From Leptogorgia sarmentosa (lineage: Eukaryota), in assembly GCA_964658305.1 (NCBI GenBank), contig OZ210884.1, positions 3,224,001-3,288,000 of the forward strand: DNA of 64,000 nucleotides, read 5' to 3'. Below the pieces are notes generated by a model, which was not told the DNA's origin, made no database searches, and saw only the letters and a list, made by a program, of their open reading frames with translations. The translations under genes were made by a program, and so were the position numbers. Below, in pieces: positions 24,701 through 37,100 of the stretch; positions within the stretch are counted from its first letter, which is position 1, and each line of letters begins with the position of its first letter.

Positions 24701-27700
24701 TCTGGCTAGCTTTTACGGCATTTTGTTAAGAGAAAAAAACAGAAATGCCACTGCTTTTAGCGTGCTGTATCCCGATTGTCGAATTAAGGTGCACAATTTC
24801 AACCAAGCAGAACTATATTTCGATACATCACAAATTTCAAACACGTTTTTGTTTCGTTGAAATTGAGTACATATTATGTAATATTAGAATGCTTTATACG
24901 CCCCACCAGGAACCGTGGTCATGCTTTAAACAATATCGTTCCTTGTGATTTTATTAGAAATTGCTTGTTTTCAATGTCTTTGAGAAGGCAGAAATACTTG
25001 AAAAGCAAATTTTATTTCGGGTTACCAAATACCAAAGGAAAGGCACCAGTAGTCCAGCGATAACCTCCACTTCATGTAATATATAATATAGATCTTCATG
25101 TCGAATCAGAAAACAAAGTAATATCAAATTCATATTTTAATTCAGTAAAGTAGTACAAAAATTCGCCTGTATACGCCCACACTACGGAAGCCTAGTGAAA
25201 TGGACGTCTTCCGCCTTAGACAAATTCCTTGTTACGAATAAAGCAGGGAGTTTCACATCAATATTAGTACAAAATTGCAAAATTTTCTTATGACATGTTG
25301 TAAAACAGGCAAAGTAATTATTGCCCTCTGATGGAAGAATTGTCAATTCTTTCTTCGAGAAGAAAGTATGGAGGTTTCACTTTATTCACTTGGCAAATAC
25401 AACACTTTTATATGCAAATTATTAAGTCAAGTTGTAGTTGTACTCTACTTAATCTGGCGTATAGTACTTTCTTTTAAAGATTTGTATTTCCGCATTCGCA
25501 TTGACTAGTATTTCATCTTCATATTGAGATCATCTTAAATAATTCATTAAGGCCCTTGAATAAGAAATTGGTAATTAGTAAATGAACACGTCACTTGTTG
25601 CAATCTGGTATAGTGTAATAGGGGACTTAAAGAATGTCAATATATTTAGCTTTGTTGCATTTACATACTGCCGTTCTTGTTGAAGATATGTAAATTCATA
25701 TTCCAAAAATACATTTAATGTAATGTTATAGAGTTCCAAAATATCATTTTACCGCTGTTTCTGCTCAATTCCGTTGATTGCCAAGGATATAACTTATGAG
25801 AACGGAACACGTTGAAAAACAAAGAGCACTTGAACTACTTAAACGTTTTGATAAGAGCTACTTGAAACACTTCAATCACACAAAAACAACCACTTTAACC
25901 CCTCAATGGCATGACAACAACCACTTCAACCACTCGATCAAAACAGTTGAAGACAAATCACTCGAAAGCTGATAGCAACAACTCGATATTATAACTTCAG
26001 GCGAGGATATTTCGACAGTTTTTATTACTGTAAACACAGTACACACATTTACTGTAAAAACAGTAACACAGCGAAACTTTTAATAGAAAAGATAACTTTA
26101 TGCTAAATTTAGGAACAATAAGATTTGCCCATTTATTAATATGTGAGCGTGCGTAGTTTTGTATATTTTTTATACTAATCACTTTCTGTATTGGAAAGAT
26201 GAGAAATGCAGAATTTTCCGTCGATTATAGCGACCGCTGTATATCCATCTATATTAATATGCGTGTTCATTACATTTTCAAAATGAATTATTTACACATC
26301 GAACAGACTTCTTTAATTAATAACCCTCAAGAGTAGAATTGCGTAGCAAATTGGAGCAAAAATTGGAGTAGGTAACAGGGATAGATGGCCCTATTTTTTG
26401 CAAGTAGTTATTTATTTCGACTAATGGGTGATTGTAAACAGCGCTAGAAAATGCGGACATGGGAACGAAATCAATGTATACGTTCTAGCCCCAGTGTCCT
26501 GGTTCACTCGGATATTAATATTTTACAAGAAATATATTTTGGTGCTCACCACTGATCTATACTATTACTGGATCGCACATCGTATTGTGATCAGTGACTC
26601 AATTTAATGAGATTCGGTTTATAAATGTGTCAAATTTCGAACTAAGCTAAAGCGATTGCTTTTTAAGTTAAGTTGGCTATAATCAACACATTTTCCGATG
26701 TAACTTGTGAAATAAAGCTCCAAACATTTCGTAACGTATAGAAACTTTTTAGATATCTCACAACACCAGAATAAATTTGAGTGTGGCCATATGCATCCAA
26801 TATGGCCACCAGCGGCTTCATTTATTTATAGCAGATCCACTATATAAAATTATCATGGTCATCCATTTACGACATAAAATATCTTTTAGCAGATATAAAA
26901 AACTAAAAATGTACGTCTGAAGGAAGAGCTATATATAGTTATATGTATTTTTTGGAAAAATGTACGACATCAATTTTAAATGCCTTTTATTTATATTATC
27001 ATGTAATATCTTTTAAATGATAGCTACATGTATATCGATGCTTAATTGAGCTTACATTACAATGATCATAGGGCAAGTTAAACGTTCATTAATTATTACA
27101 TTTAATTTAATTCGACATTATATATTTGATATAAAGTATACAAATATATTATATAATGGTTCTTACCAGGAAACGGTTGTACTAATGCTGCCTCTTTCTA
27201 CCGTGGGTAAAAGGCCTGGAACTAGCCACCGAATAGAAAATGCATTTGATGTTTTAAATCAGTTATATATTTTGTGTTTCTTCTTGAAACTTTTTAATGA
27301 TGCTAGGTGAAAAGTCTAGCATAAATTTGAATACAAAGTGAATTATATTTCACGAGATATTAAATTGATTGTGTAGAATGCGAGAGAGGCTCCGAATAAT
27401 TGACAAAATAAAAATGTTCAAACACGCGCATATTGTAAGTTCCAAATTTTTTTTTGTGATAAATGCCCAGGACCGTTTAAAATCCATTTGCTGGTCTAAG
27501 TCACTTACATCTATAACATTTGATGTATAAACTTTGTAATCATGCTGAGTAGTCAAGAATGCAAGTCATTTACAAATTTGAAAACAATATAAATTACATT
27601 TAACAAGATATTACTTTTGTTGGGTAAAAAAATGGTGTTCTATTGTAGGTGTTTGTGTCTTAGATAAAAACTAATCGTGGCGAAATCCTTTGGATCTGAA

Positions 27701-28079
27701 TGTTGAAACTCACGGCGTATGTAAGGTGAACCTTATTTTGTTTCGTTTACAAGCCTTGTTAATAGCATTCGATTAAAAGTCATTATCCGTTTAATATCTC
27801 GCAAATATTTCGTAATCAATTGTGGGTAAGGACAACTGTAGTTGGTCGCAAATTTCATGAGATATTAGATTGATCGTAGTGAAAAGTGCTGTTCTATTGA
27901 ATAACCAATCCCAGTTCTTTTCCGTGCCATAATATCACCTGGTCATTATATATAATATCATATAATTTATACTGTATTTATATGTGGTATGAATATTCTT
28001 ATATTTATGAACTTGCATTTATATTTTTTATAGTAAGTCTTACTAGTGTTAAGGCATATGGTTTTTGGCTATTGGTATA

Positions 28080-31000
28080 TCAATTCTTCGGAACACAAAA
28101 TACAACTTCTTTTTGCTTCTTGTATAGCTGGTTTCCATCTTTAGACAACTCAGCAATTGGAACAGTATCATTCCTGAGCACAAAACCAGTCGGACAAACA
28201 GTAAGTTTTTTGGTTTTAGAATTCTGCTGTGCGTGCACTATTCCTTTAGCACATCCGACAACGGCCGTCTCCTCCTTTATTACCGCATATCTGACTTCAA
28301 TTTTAACTTCATGGCATCCTCGGCTTTTGTTACATTTCACTCCGTAGGGAAACTTCGCGGGGAAAATTTTGTCTGATAGCCTACCATACATATTGCATGT
28401 ACCAGCGCTCCCATTTTGAATTGAACGAATCTGTCGTCCAGCTGAGGTGGAACTTCCCATTATGCTAATCATAATTAGTAAGATCAACGCCTGTATAAAG
28501 GAACAAAAGAATTAGGCATATATTTAACAAAAACTATTAAACAACAAAAAATAATAATTAAATTAAAATATATCGAGCCTGAAAAACGCAAAATTGCAGT
28601 CGTTTTTTTCGGGTTAATAATAATGACTCACTGACTGCGAGGGTGAGGGCATGTACGGAAAATATAAAACTGAGCTCTTGCTCAAATTATTATACTGCAT
28701 GTATTTCATTAAGTACATTCTATTTCTAGTACATTTTAAATATCGTCGCTTATTTTAACACTTTTCTACTTTAACAAATAAAATTTTATCGAATTTTAAA
28801 GTTTTAATTTGTGATTGTTTTCCAGGCAGGGCAATAAAAATTGCGTATTGCCCCTGGGCTATACGAGAAAATCCTGCCCGTCAGCGGTCAATCAAATTAC
28901 GCCATTCACCAAAACAAATGCTTGCCATATAATAATATACAAATAACTAGAAATACATACATGCAGCAACCCCTCGCCTTACTAACCAATTAATGCAACT
29001 ATATTTTTGGAACATGAAGTACTACAAAGGCTGCCTGAGGTTGTTGTCATGGCAACACGATCGGAAATTCATATTTCTGTAATTTTTTGAAGCTGTCAAA
29101 TATTTAAGAAATAGATAACGAGTCGCGTGCCATTATGCTGTTTTGTTATATAGTTGGTGTCAAAGTTCAATTTTCCTGTTTGCTGATTGGACAAAACCGT
29201 ATCACGTGCCGGTCCACAAAACGTCATGTTCGCCAACCGGTCAAAAATCAAAAAATTATTGACCGGGCAACAATTAAATGGGCACAATGCGCATGCGCGT
29301 CAACCGTGAAGTCCAAAGTTCATTCAATCGTACGATGTTTTGAAATTTTTACGATGTTTTGATGGAGTAAGGCGTCCCATTCAATGTCTGTTTTTTGGTT
29401 TCAAAGTCCACTCCAGTATTAAACCGGTGAATTCATTCATATTTTGACACTAAACTATATAACAAAACACTTATTTACTGAAACCTCGGGAAACATTGTG
29501 TTTTGTGGCCCCTCGACCGCCATTGTTGCCCTCGGCTTCGCCTCGGGCAACAACGGCAGTCTCGGGGCCACAAAACACAATGTTTCCCTCGGTCTCAGTA
29601 AATAAGTGATAAATAATGCACGAGGGAAATGTTGTGAGAATACGAGAGAATCGCGTAAAACACGAGGCGTAGCCGAGTGTTTTACGCGATTCTCGAGTAT
29701 TCTCACAACATTGCCCGAGTGCAATTATAACAGCATAATGGCACGCGACGAGTTTTTCTATTTCTTTTATAATATAAGAGAATATTAGCGCAACAAAAAA
29801 CTTCGTTAGGAAGATCAAAATTACAATTCTCTTTACATGTAATCAAGCGTGTTCTCAAATGTTGCCAAGCAGCAACACAGCTTTATTCCTTTAGCTGAGC
29901 GAAAGCAAACAATTCAAGCGTTTTTTATGGATGTATTTTTAGTATATATGTATTTTTATTGTCTTTTTGTCAAACCAAAGAGTCGCGGAAGAAATTTAGT
30001 AACTAGATGCGTGCATTACGCTGTTATAATGCACGCTCATTAGCCAATCACGTTGCAGATTTTACCCTGCTTATATTATAACAGCTTTTATCTTTGTTTT
30101 ATTGGCATTTTTTTAAAATTTCGAGAACCATTTGTTATCCGTACGCTATTAGGACTAATATAAACTTGAATTTGGTGCGAAATACTACATTTATTTGCAT
30201 AAAACGGTTTAATTAAGTCAGTCTTTGATATGAAAAAAATTCCTGGCAGTGTTCGCTCGCGTTGTTTTGGAGTAAAGTTTGTAAATATTTTGTGAAGTCT
30301 TGCCTTTAAAATGATAAACTTATACTCTGGAATTGAGCCGTGAATAGATTAAATGCGGCTACGGCGACCTTTCGTACAAATAGTAGACTGTAGATAGTAA
30401 ATACGCAAAACAAAGTTCACTGCCGGCAACCTATTGACGAACTTATCTTGTGTTTCAATCCGTAGTCGTTTGTTCCCTTTCTCAGCGTTTTATATCTTCT
30501 GAGAAGGCTTTCTAAGTCTTACAGCGTAGGTCTTGTCTTTGTTTTCGCCTTTCCAAAGGCCCAAAAGCTTTAAAAAGCTTTGGCTCTTCATGATAGTCCA
30601 GTAGTCACCATAATTTTGAGATCAGTGGTGACCACCCTTCGACGATGACCCAAAATGGCCGCCAAATCGAGCAACTTTGAACTCGCTATGCGGAATTATT
30701 ACCCTCGCCCCGGGCTAACGCCCGGACGGCGCTTCGCGCCGTGGCTCGGGGATGAATGTTTATGAGTGCAATGGTAAGAATATTTTCATGAGGTGAAAGA
30801 TGGAATGTTCTATTCAACGAGGCGAAGCCGAGTTGAATGGAACATTCCATCTTTCACCGAATGAAAATATTCTTACCATTGCACGAATAAAAACATTCAT
30901 TATTTGTTTTATATAATACCAAAATAACTAAATTAGCCAATTGCTTTTCAAGAACAGTTTATTAAAACACTATAATTTTCAAACACAATCATATTCTGTA

Positions 31001-34000
31001 ACCGATTCTTCAAATAATTTAAGTATTTAACACATAAGTACAGCTACAGTATCATGGTTTCATTAAGTCAACTTGTTAGAAATAAAAGTCACTTGTTATT
31101 GAAAACAACTGGTCCATGAAAATGGAAGTTTTGTGTAGTTGACGACGAAGAACTTTGAATGTTCAAATTAGATTCGCTTAATAAAAATTTTTCTTGTGAA
31201 TCTGTCAACAATAGATCCTCCAAAATATTTCCATCAGTTTCTTCTCTAGGCACTGCCACTGGAATATTTTCTTGCATTTGGGATGAAATAATCATACTCA
31301 TGTCCTGCTTCTTCGAATTGCTTGTACGAACATAGTGTTTAAGTGATGATTCAGACTTGTGTCCTGTGACTGCCATGATATCACGACTGGCAAACCCTGC
31401 TTCATCAAGAACAGTTACAGTTGTGGCCCTTAAACTGTGATTTGTATAAGACAGGGAGCAGCCAGCTCGCTGAGAGATGGTTTTCATTTTGTTACCGAGA
31501 GTGTTGACTCCTAGAGGTGCATTTGTGTACCATGGTCCTTCTGATGGTGCTCGAGATTTCGGCCTTTGCCACATGCACTCTTGTGCAGGATTCAAGACAG
31601 CTTTCAAGGTTAGGAACGAAGCAACAGGACACTTTGATGAACTTGGAATTTCGTACATGTGTCCACTGTGCCTCTCGTTGTTATTTTCTCTCCTGGTTTT
31701 CGTAAGTGAATCGCGATGGATTATATACTGCTGACCACGTTCATTTTTCTCTATTACAAAGTCTGTTATTTTCATATTTCGCAAATTTTCTCTCCCCCTG
31801 TTTGCGAAATACAGCATAATATCAATAAAGACTTTGTCCTGCAAGCCTTGTGGTGTGTTTAAATCCAAACAAGATAGGATTTTTGTCATGTCCAGTTTGC
31901 TAATCGGATCTTTATGTTTCACAACGCCTTTGCCTTCCTTTTTTAACTTCACCAACATAGCTTTAAAGACTTTGTTGCTTTGCACAAATTGATCACTATT
32001 AGTAATATCAATACCTTTGATCGATTGGAAATGTTTATGTATGCCGTAGCGAAGCGCGTGCATGGATTTTGTTGAGTACAAATGGCCATCGTCCTTTCGT
32101 AGACCCGCGTAAAATCTTGAAAGGAAATTATCCAGTTCTAAATCCGTCATATTTTCCAAAGAGGTATCACCAGCGCACGCAGCAAAGGAATTCATACGGG
32201 AAACCGCGTATCTTATTTGTTTTTTAGTATTCTCGGCGTCTGAATCTTCAATAAGTTCAGAAATATCGTCTTCGCTTACCATAACAAAAGGTTTATTTGA
32301 AGATGCCGCCATTTTGGTGTATTTCGACAACATAAATCGCATTTACCTGACGTCGAGAATTGGGGGTAAATAAACTGCGATCACTGTCCGAAGAGCGTTT
32401 TGAAGGATGGGAGTTACTGAAAAAACAGAGTGCAATAGTACGAATACTATTGCACTCTCGAGAGTGCAATAGTATTCGTACTATTGCACTCTTGTGAAAT
32501 GGAACTTTCTATTCAATATCACGTGACCATAATTAACCAATCAAACGACCTGAATGTAACGAAGTATTATATAATAACCGTTCTTGGTTGAGAACTTAAT
32601 TGTAATTATATAGTCGTGGAACTAATTAATTGTTTACATTACATGGCTTTTTACCAAAATATCACTCGTACTCTCGTAAGCGTTTCGTTCAAGTATGAGC
32701 GGTTGACCGAGTAACTCGCTTTGCCGGCCGGGTAACCCGTTTTGAATAGAAAATTAGAGGTTTCCCCGTGAAATGTTTACATGAGGCATACGGGTAACTC
32801 GCTCCAGCGAGTTTTCGGTGGGAACAGGTAGGATCTCGCTCAGGCCAGACAAATGCTTTGCCATGTAAAGGCTTTGCCCGGGAAATTCGGCTAGGCGGGA
32901 ACGATTTTTGTCAACAGCGCATGGGTATATTATACAAATAATGAATGTTTATGAGTGCAATGGTAAGAATATTTTCATGAGGTGAAAGATGGAATGTTCT
33001 ATTCAACGAGGCGATAGCCGAGTTGAATGGAACATTCCATCTTTCACCGAATGAAAATATTCTTAACATTGCACGAATAAAAACATTCATTATTTGTTTT
33101 ATATAATACTTGTTTGTTTATATAATATTTGTTATACATAATTTGTTTTATATAAATCGCATTTACCTCACGTTGAGAATCGGGGCTAAATAAACTGCGA
33201 TCACTGTCCGAAGAGCGTTTTGAAGGATGGGAGTTACTGAAAACACAGAGTGCAATAGTACGAATACTATTGCACTCTCCAGAGTGCAATAGTATTCGTA
33301 CTATTGCACTCTTGGGAAATGGAACTTTCTATTCAATATCACGTGACCATAATTAACCAATCAAACGACCTGAATGTAATGAGGTATTATATAATATACA
33401 AATAATGAATGTTTATAAGCGCAATGGCAAGAATATTTTCATGAGGGGAAAGATGGAATGTTCTATTCAAAAAGGCGAAGCCGAGTTGAATGGAACATTC
33501 CATCTTTCACCGAATGGGGAAATGGAACTTTCTATTCAATATCACGTCTTCGTCTATTTCCTCGTTTAAAGCAAGACTGGAATCACTATTCAGTCCTTCC
33601 AGATTTACCGACTCCCACACGGCAATCAGATAGAACAGAACGTATTATTTAATTGCGTAATCTTAAATTTCACTACGTAACTTAAAATTTTCTTAATATT
33701 TATTGTGTATATTATTTCTGATTTTTGTTGCTACTTGTGTACAGATGGTCGTCCGTGTTTAAATAAAGTTTATGTATCTATGTGTGTGTACGTGACCGTA
33801 ATTAACTAATCAATCGACCTGAACGTAATAATACATACTACTATACAACAGGCACGAGGGACTTCATCTAACTTCTCGCTGTGTTGAACAATATGCCGAG
33901 TAAGTCGGATCCATATAAACAGACAGCTTGTTTGTCACGGCGAAGCAAGTACTAACTCGTTCAACCGGCTAATCTGGCGCCATATAGACAGGCTCTTAGT

Positions 34001-34139
34001 GACTTAAAATAGTTAATTAGCCGCTCGAGAACGTACGGGCTTGACACTGTCACAGATAACGTCATGATATTTACAATGAAGAAACAACACTTACATTCGT
34101 CATTGAGGGCAAGTTGGATGTAGTCTTGGAATATATCAT
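28080..34139 (-). CDS. Small secreted 6-Cys protein, copy 2 (exon 1 34139-34095, exon 2 28490-28080); intron expanded by transposons
   Basis: Same splice sites and intact ORF; variants MTN, SSTS, KIEVRY. Confidence 0.8.
29139..29612. mobile_element. Palindromic Crypton-type MITE nested in the rolling-circle element
   Basis: Inverted repeat 29139-29164/29443-29469 and a ~140-bp palindrome 29468-29608 centred on CTCGGCTTCGCCTCG. Absent from the 61713 copy. Boundaries approximate. Confidence 0.6.
29612..30081. mobile_element. Second palindromic Crypton-type MITE, tandem to the previous one
   Basis: Palindrome ~29612-29728 centred on GAGGCGTAGCCGAG; ends ccaatca...tatattataa. Boundaries approximate. 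Confidence 0.55.
31089..32342 (-). CDS. Tyrosine recombinase (DUF3504/Crypton-type), 417 aa, intronless
   Basis: Catalytic motifs in order: FANRGRENLR (R), TKT (K), YTNHSLRAT (HxxR), TGHKS..SLKHY (H, Y). N-terminal ENTKKQ and LRKDDG.LY..SM motifs. AATAAA on the minus strand at 30958-30963. The real start may be MAASS (~32312). Confidence 0.93.
   Translation of the reverse strand: MRFMLSKYTKMAASSNKPFVMVSEDDISELIEDSDAENTKKQIRYAVSRMNSFAACAGDTSLENMTDLELDNFLSRFYAGLRKDDGHLYSTKSMHALRYGIHKHFQSIKGIDITNSDQFVQSNKVFKAMLVKLKKEGKGVVKHKDPISKLDMTKILSCLDLNTPQGLQDKVFIDIMLYFANRGRENLRNMKITDFVIEKNERGQQYIIHRDSLTKTRRENNNERHSGHMYEIPSSSKCPVASFLTLKAVLNPAQECMWQRPKSRAPSEGPWYTNAPLGVNTLGNKMKTISQRAGCSLSYTNHSLRATTVTVLDEAGFASRDIMAVTGHKSESSLKHYVRTSNSKKQDMSMIISSQMQENIPVAVPREETDGNILEDLLLTDSQEKFLLSESNLNIQSSSSSTTQNFHFHGPVVFNNK
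32927..33396. mobile_element. Young non-autonomous internal-deletion derivative of the Crypton (unit 2 only)
   Basis: 32942-33107 matches 30753-30918 and ~33153-33396 matches 32335-32576 almost exactly. Flanked by ATATTA (left) and ATAATA (right); absent in the other units. Confidence 0.9.
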
Positions 34140-37100
34140 TTTCGTTTATTTCTCTTGGTATGATGAAGAACGATGAAGAACGATCACTTTAAGTTTTAAC
34201 TTTAACTTTCACCCGTTTCTGTTATTCTGGTGGTCTGAGGGAATTGCATCGCTTATTTATACCCGTCCAAAAGTTATATTTGAATGCATTACCTAAATCT
34301 CTTTGCGTGCTACAAGATACCTCACTGAAACGCCCACGAACTGCGTGCGCGTGTTACATGGGATCAGATATTTCGTTACAGTACTTGAACTGGAAAGCGA
34401 AATACGACATGTATACTTGCCAAATTATTGTTAAATTGAAACTTTCTGACGCAATTAGGCTAGAGAAATTGGACTGTATTTTCCCTATGCTTATTTTCTC
34501 GGCCATGTCAAGTTAATGTTTCCGCTTTGATTTAAAGTGTCTATGAACTCAAAAATTCGTATTCAATTTTTTGGGTTTATATGATAGCTGTGGGAATGAA
34601 ACATACGTGGAAAGTTGTTTGACGAAAATCTGTTGAATAGTTCCCGAGAAATGTAAGCTCAAAATTTGAATATGTTGGTCATTTTTTTTTGTGAGAACTG
34701 GCAACGAGTTTAGTGTGGTCATGTCGTTGGCAAATGGACACGAACGCGCATGAACCTATACAATCAATAACAAAACTTAGTCTGCAAGTTTATCTGCACA
34801 AGCCAGCTTCGGCGAAAACGAAATTTATGAACTGTTTTTCGTGTTCCAAACATATCCTAACGATCCGCTTGCTAATAGCGGCGATTAAGTAGTGAAGGAA
34901 AATGAAACGGACGACGAGGCTGCTATTTCATCTCAAACACTTGCGCACCAATATGAGTATGGGAATTAAATTCAAAACATTGCCAGAAATCGTCACCACG
35001 CGAATTAATTATACTCACCGCACGCTACTTCAGTGCGCGATAGATAACAAAAATAATAGGAAAACATATACAAGCCAATATTTATTCTTAAAATACAGAT
35101 TTTAGTACATTAGGGGTTTAGATCACATATCGTAGCAACTATACCAGTAATTTTGACATTTTTTCTTATCTTGTCATGTTGGTAACTTTGGAAAGAAAGC
35201 TGCCGAGCAATCTTTGATATAAATGTACGTCGTGTTGGCAGAATGTCTGTTAGGCTACTCGTTTTCCACAAATTGTGAAAAAATTGAATCTGTACGGGTA
35301 GTATTTCTATGATGGTTAATTAATAATATTATGTAGTTATTAGGCAATGACAATCGTGATTAGCCGATCTGCGGCCACATGGACCCAATTAAATGTAACG
35401 TTCCCATGCGGAATAAGTGAAAAGCTGTTGTCTTCTCCTAAATCAAAACATTTAGCTATAAACATGCAAGTTTAAAACGTTTTTTTAGTTTTTTCGAATC
35501 TAGAGAATCTATAAATGACAAAAATATGCCGCAGGCAAATCCATTATTGACACGCTTTTCAATTCTAAATCGCTTACTTTGTATTGTCTTCGTCACAAAA
35601 ATGCGAAGTTTATTTTTATGAATATTTTCTCGGATTTCATATCGTTGCTATACCAACTAGACTTCGTCCGACGAAATATTGAGTCACTCGGGAACTCACT
35701 ACGTACTCGCCTGCAGGCATTCATTAAGTGCATAATATTGGCTTAATATCGCATCGCTTTTGTTATTGTATTCGTTCCAGCCTCACAAATCATTCCTTCT
35801 ACTTCCAAGAACTTGTCACTCTCAACGGGTAATTTATCAGAGTGTTTTATAAATGACGACAATATATGAAATTTTGTATTATAAGCGTGAATAATAAGTA
35901 TTCAAAAATAGGAATTTTTCGGATAATTTTTATTAACTTATAAAAGATTGATATGATTGTGTCTAAATTTCTGAAATTACTAAAAAGTGAAAAAATGCGA
36001 GAAAACTAGCTAAAGCGAACAGGAATCGGAAATGCAAGCACGCAAACGTTGTCGGTATTGTAGCACTTCTAGTGTTTCATATATTTATTGATTGTAATAT
36101 TTTGTGTTACAGTAAAATGCATAAATAAACATGGGACACTTATATTTTAGGTGAGACGGCTATATAAACAAGAAAGTTAATGCCTCAGAATTATGTTGCA
36201 TAGATTATCACCACCCCGCGAAGATTTCTTTCACCAAATTATTTGTGATGCATTGATGAATTTGGTTCCAGCACTGTTTCCAGTTCCCTGTTCCTGTCAC
36301 ACTATATTGTTGAATCTCTGAAACGTTGAATCTTTGTATCGCTGTATCGTTTTTGTGGTTGCCGTAAGTTCTGCCTTTTTTTGGACGTCTCACTTTTGTT
36401 TACATCATAGCCTGAAGATATTAAATTTTGCTGGCGAAAAAGCAACTGTTTATAGAATATCAAAAATTTAGGAATTGCAAACTTCCAAAGGTTCCAAGTG
36501 AGGTTCATTTCATTGTTCTGCCTCAACGTGGGAGAATGGCGTATACGACCGGCCATTAATTGCACTCACGATCGCCCAATATGACTTAACTGAAAGAAAC
36601 AACGACAATACGTCATAGCAACTAGGTAGTAGCTACAACTGCCTTTCTGAGTTGCTGCATCTTTTTTCAATAAGTAAACACAATAAAACGGTCGTGAAGT
36701 CGTGGAAAATTATCACTATTTGTTTTAGTTCAATAAGCAGAAGGCGAAGTCCTAATGACAACTGTGCATGAGCAAATTATCATTCGTAGGTGAGCGAGAG
36801 TTTTGAACGATAAGCGCATGCTTGGTAAACTGGTTCCACCAATTAGTTGCAGTTAAAGTGGTTTTTAGGCAGCCATTTTCAGTCAAATTGCCTAATCACA
36901 TTTTCGAATTTAATTCGGTGACATCGAATACATTAATAAGTAAATTGCGATATCACGAATAATTTGAATTGCATCCAATTGGACGAAACTTTCAAGTCTG
37001 AAAGGGGCATTTGTAAAGCAATATCAGAGCAAACACACTATCAGTTAAATTTTGCTTTAAATGTACTTTCAAAAACTTCACTATTGCTGAAACTGACAAG

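Larger units (their letters stand above)
17088..25598. repeat. Tandem segmental duplication unit 1 (~8.5 kb)
   Basis: Colinear and near-identical to 25599-38136, 38137-46660 and 46661-55013. The same small ORFs recur in the ORF track. Confidence 0.95.
28947..30752 (-). mobile_element. Non-autonomous rolling-circle element (Helitron/Helentron-like) inserted 9 bp inside the Crypton end
   Basis: Interrupts tacaaataa|tgaatg. The minus strand reads A|TC...CTAG|T with no TSD. GC hairpins lie near the 5' end, with asymmetric subterminal inverted repeats. A related copy is at 61713-63080. The boundary could extend to 30756, since both copies are followed by TGAA. Confidence 0.75.
28932..32576 (-). 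mobile_element. Crypton-type tyrosine-recombinase DNA transposon with an intact ORF
   Basis: Absent from units 1, 3 and 4 (empty site gccatataataataaccg). Bounded by a 6-bp direct repeat ATAATA (28932-28937, 32571-32576), with no TIRs, subterminal palindromes and a YR ORF. Confidence 0.9.

Noticed and set aside
25245..25256. kappaB-like site GGGAGTTTCA upstream of the secreted-protein gene
   Set aside because: A single imperfect 10-mer ~3.5 kb from the promoter is expected by chance.
29455..29818. Overlapping ORFs on both strands
   Set aside because: They arise from GC-richer palindromic transposon DNA and have no recognisable domain.
31477..31734. + strand ORFs within the recombinase
   Set aside because: They are antisense to the well-supported YR gene.
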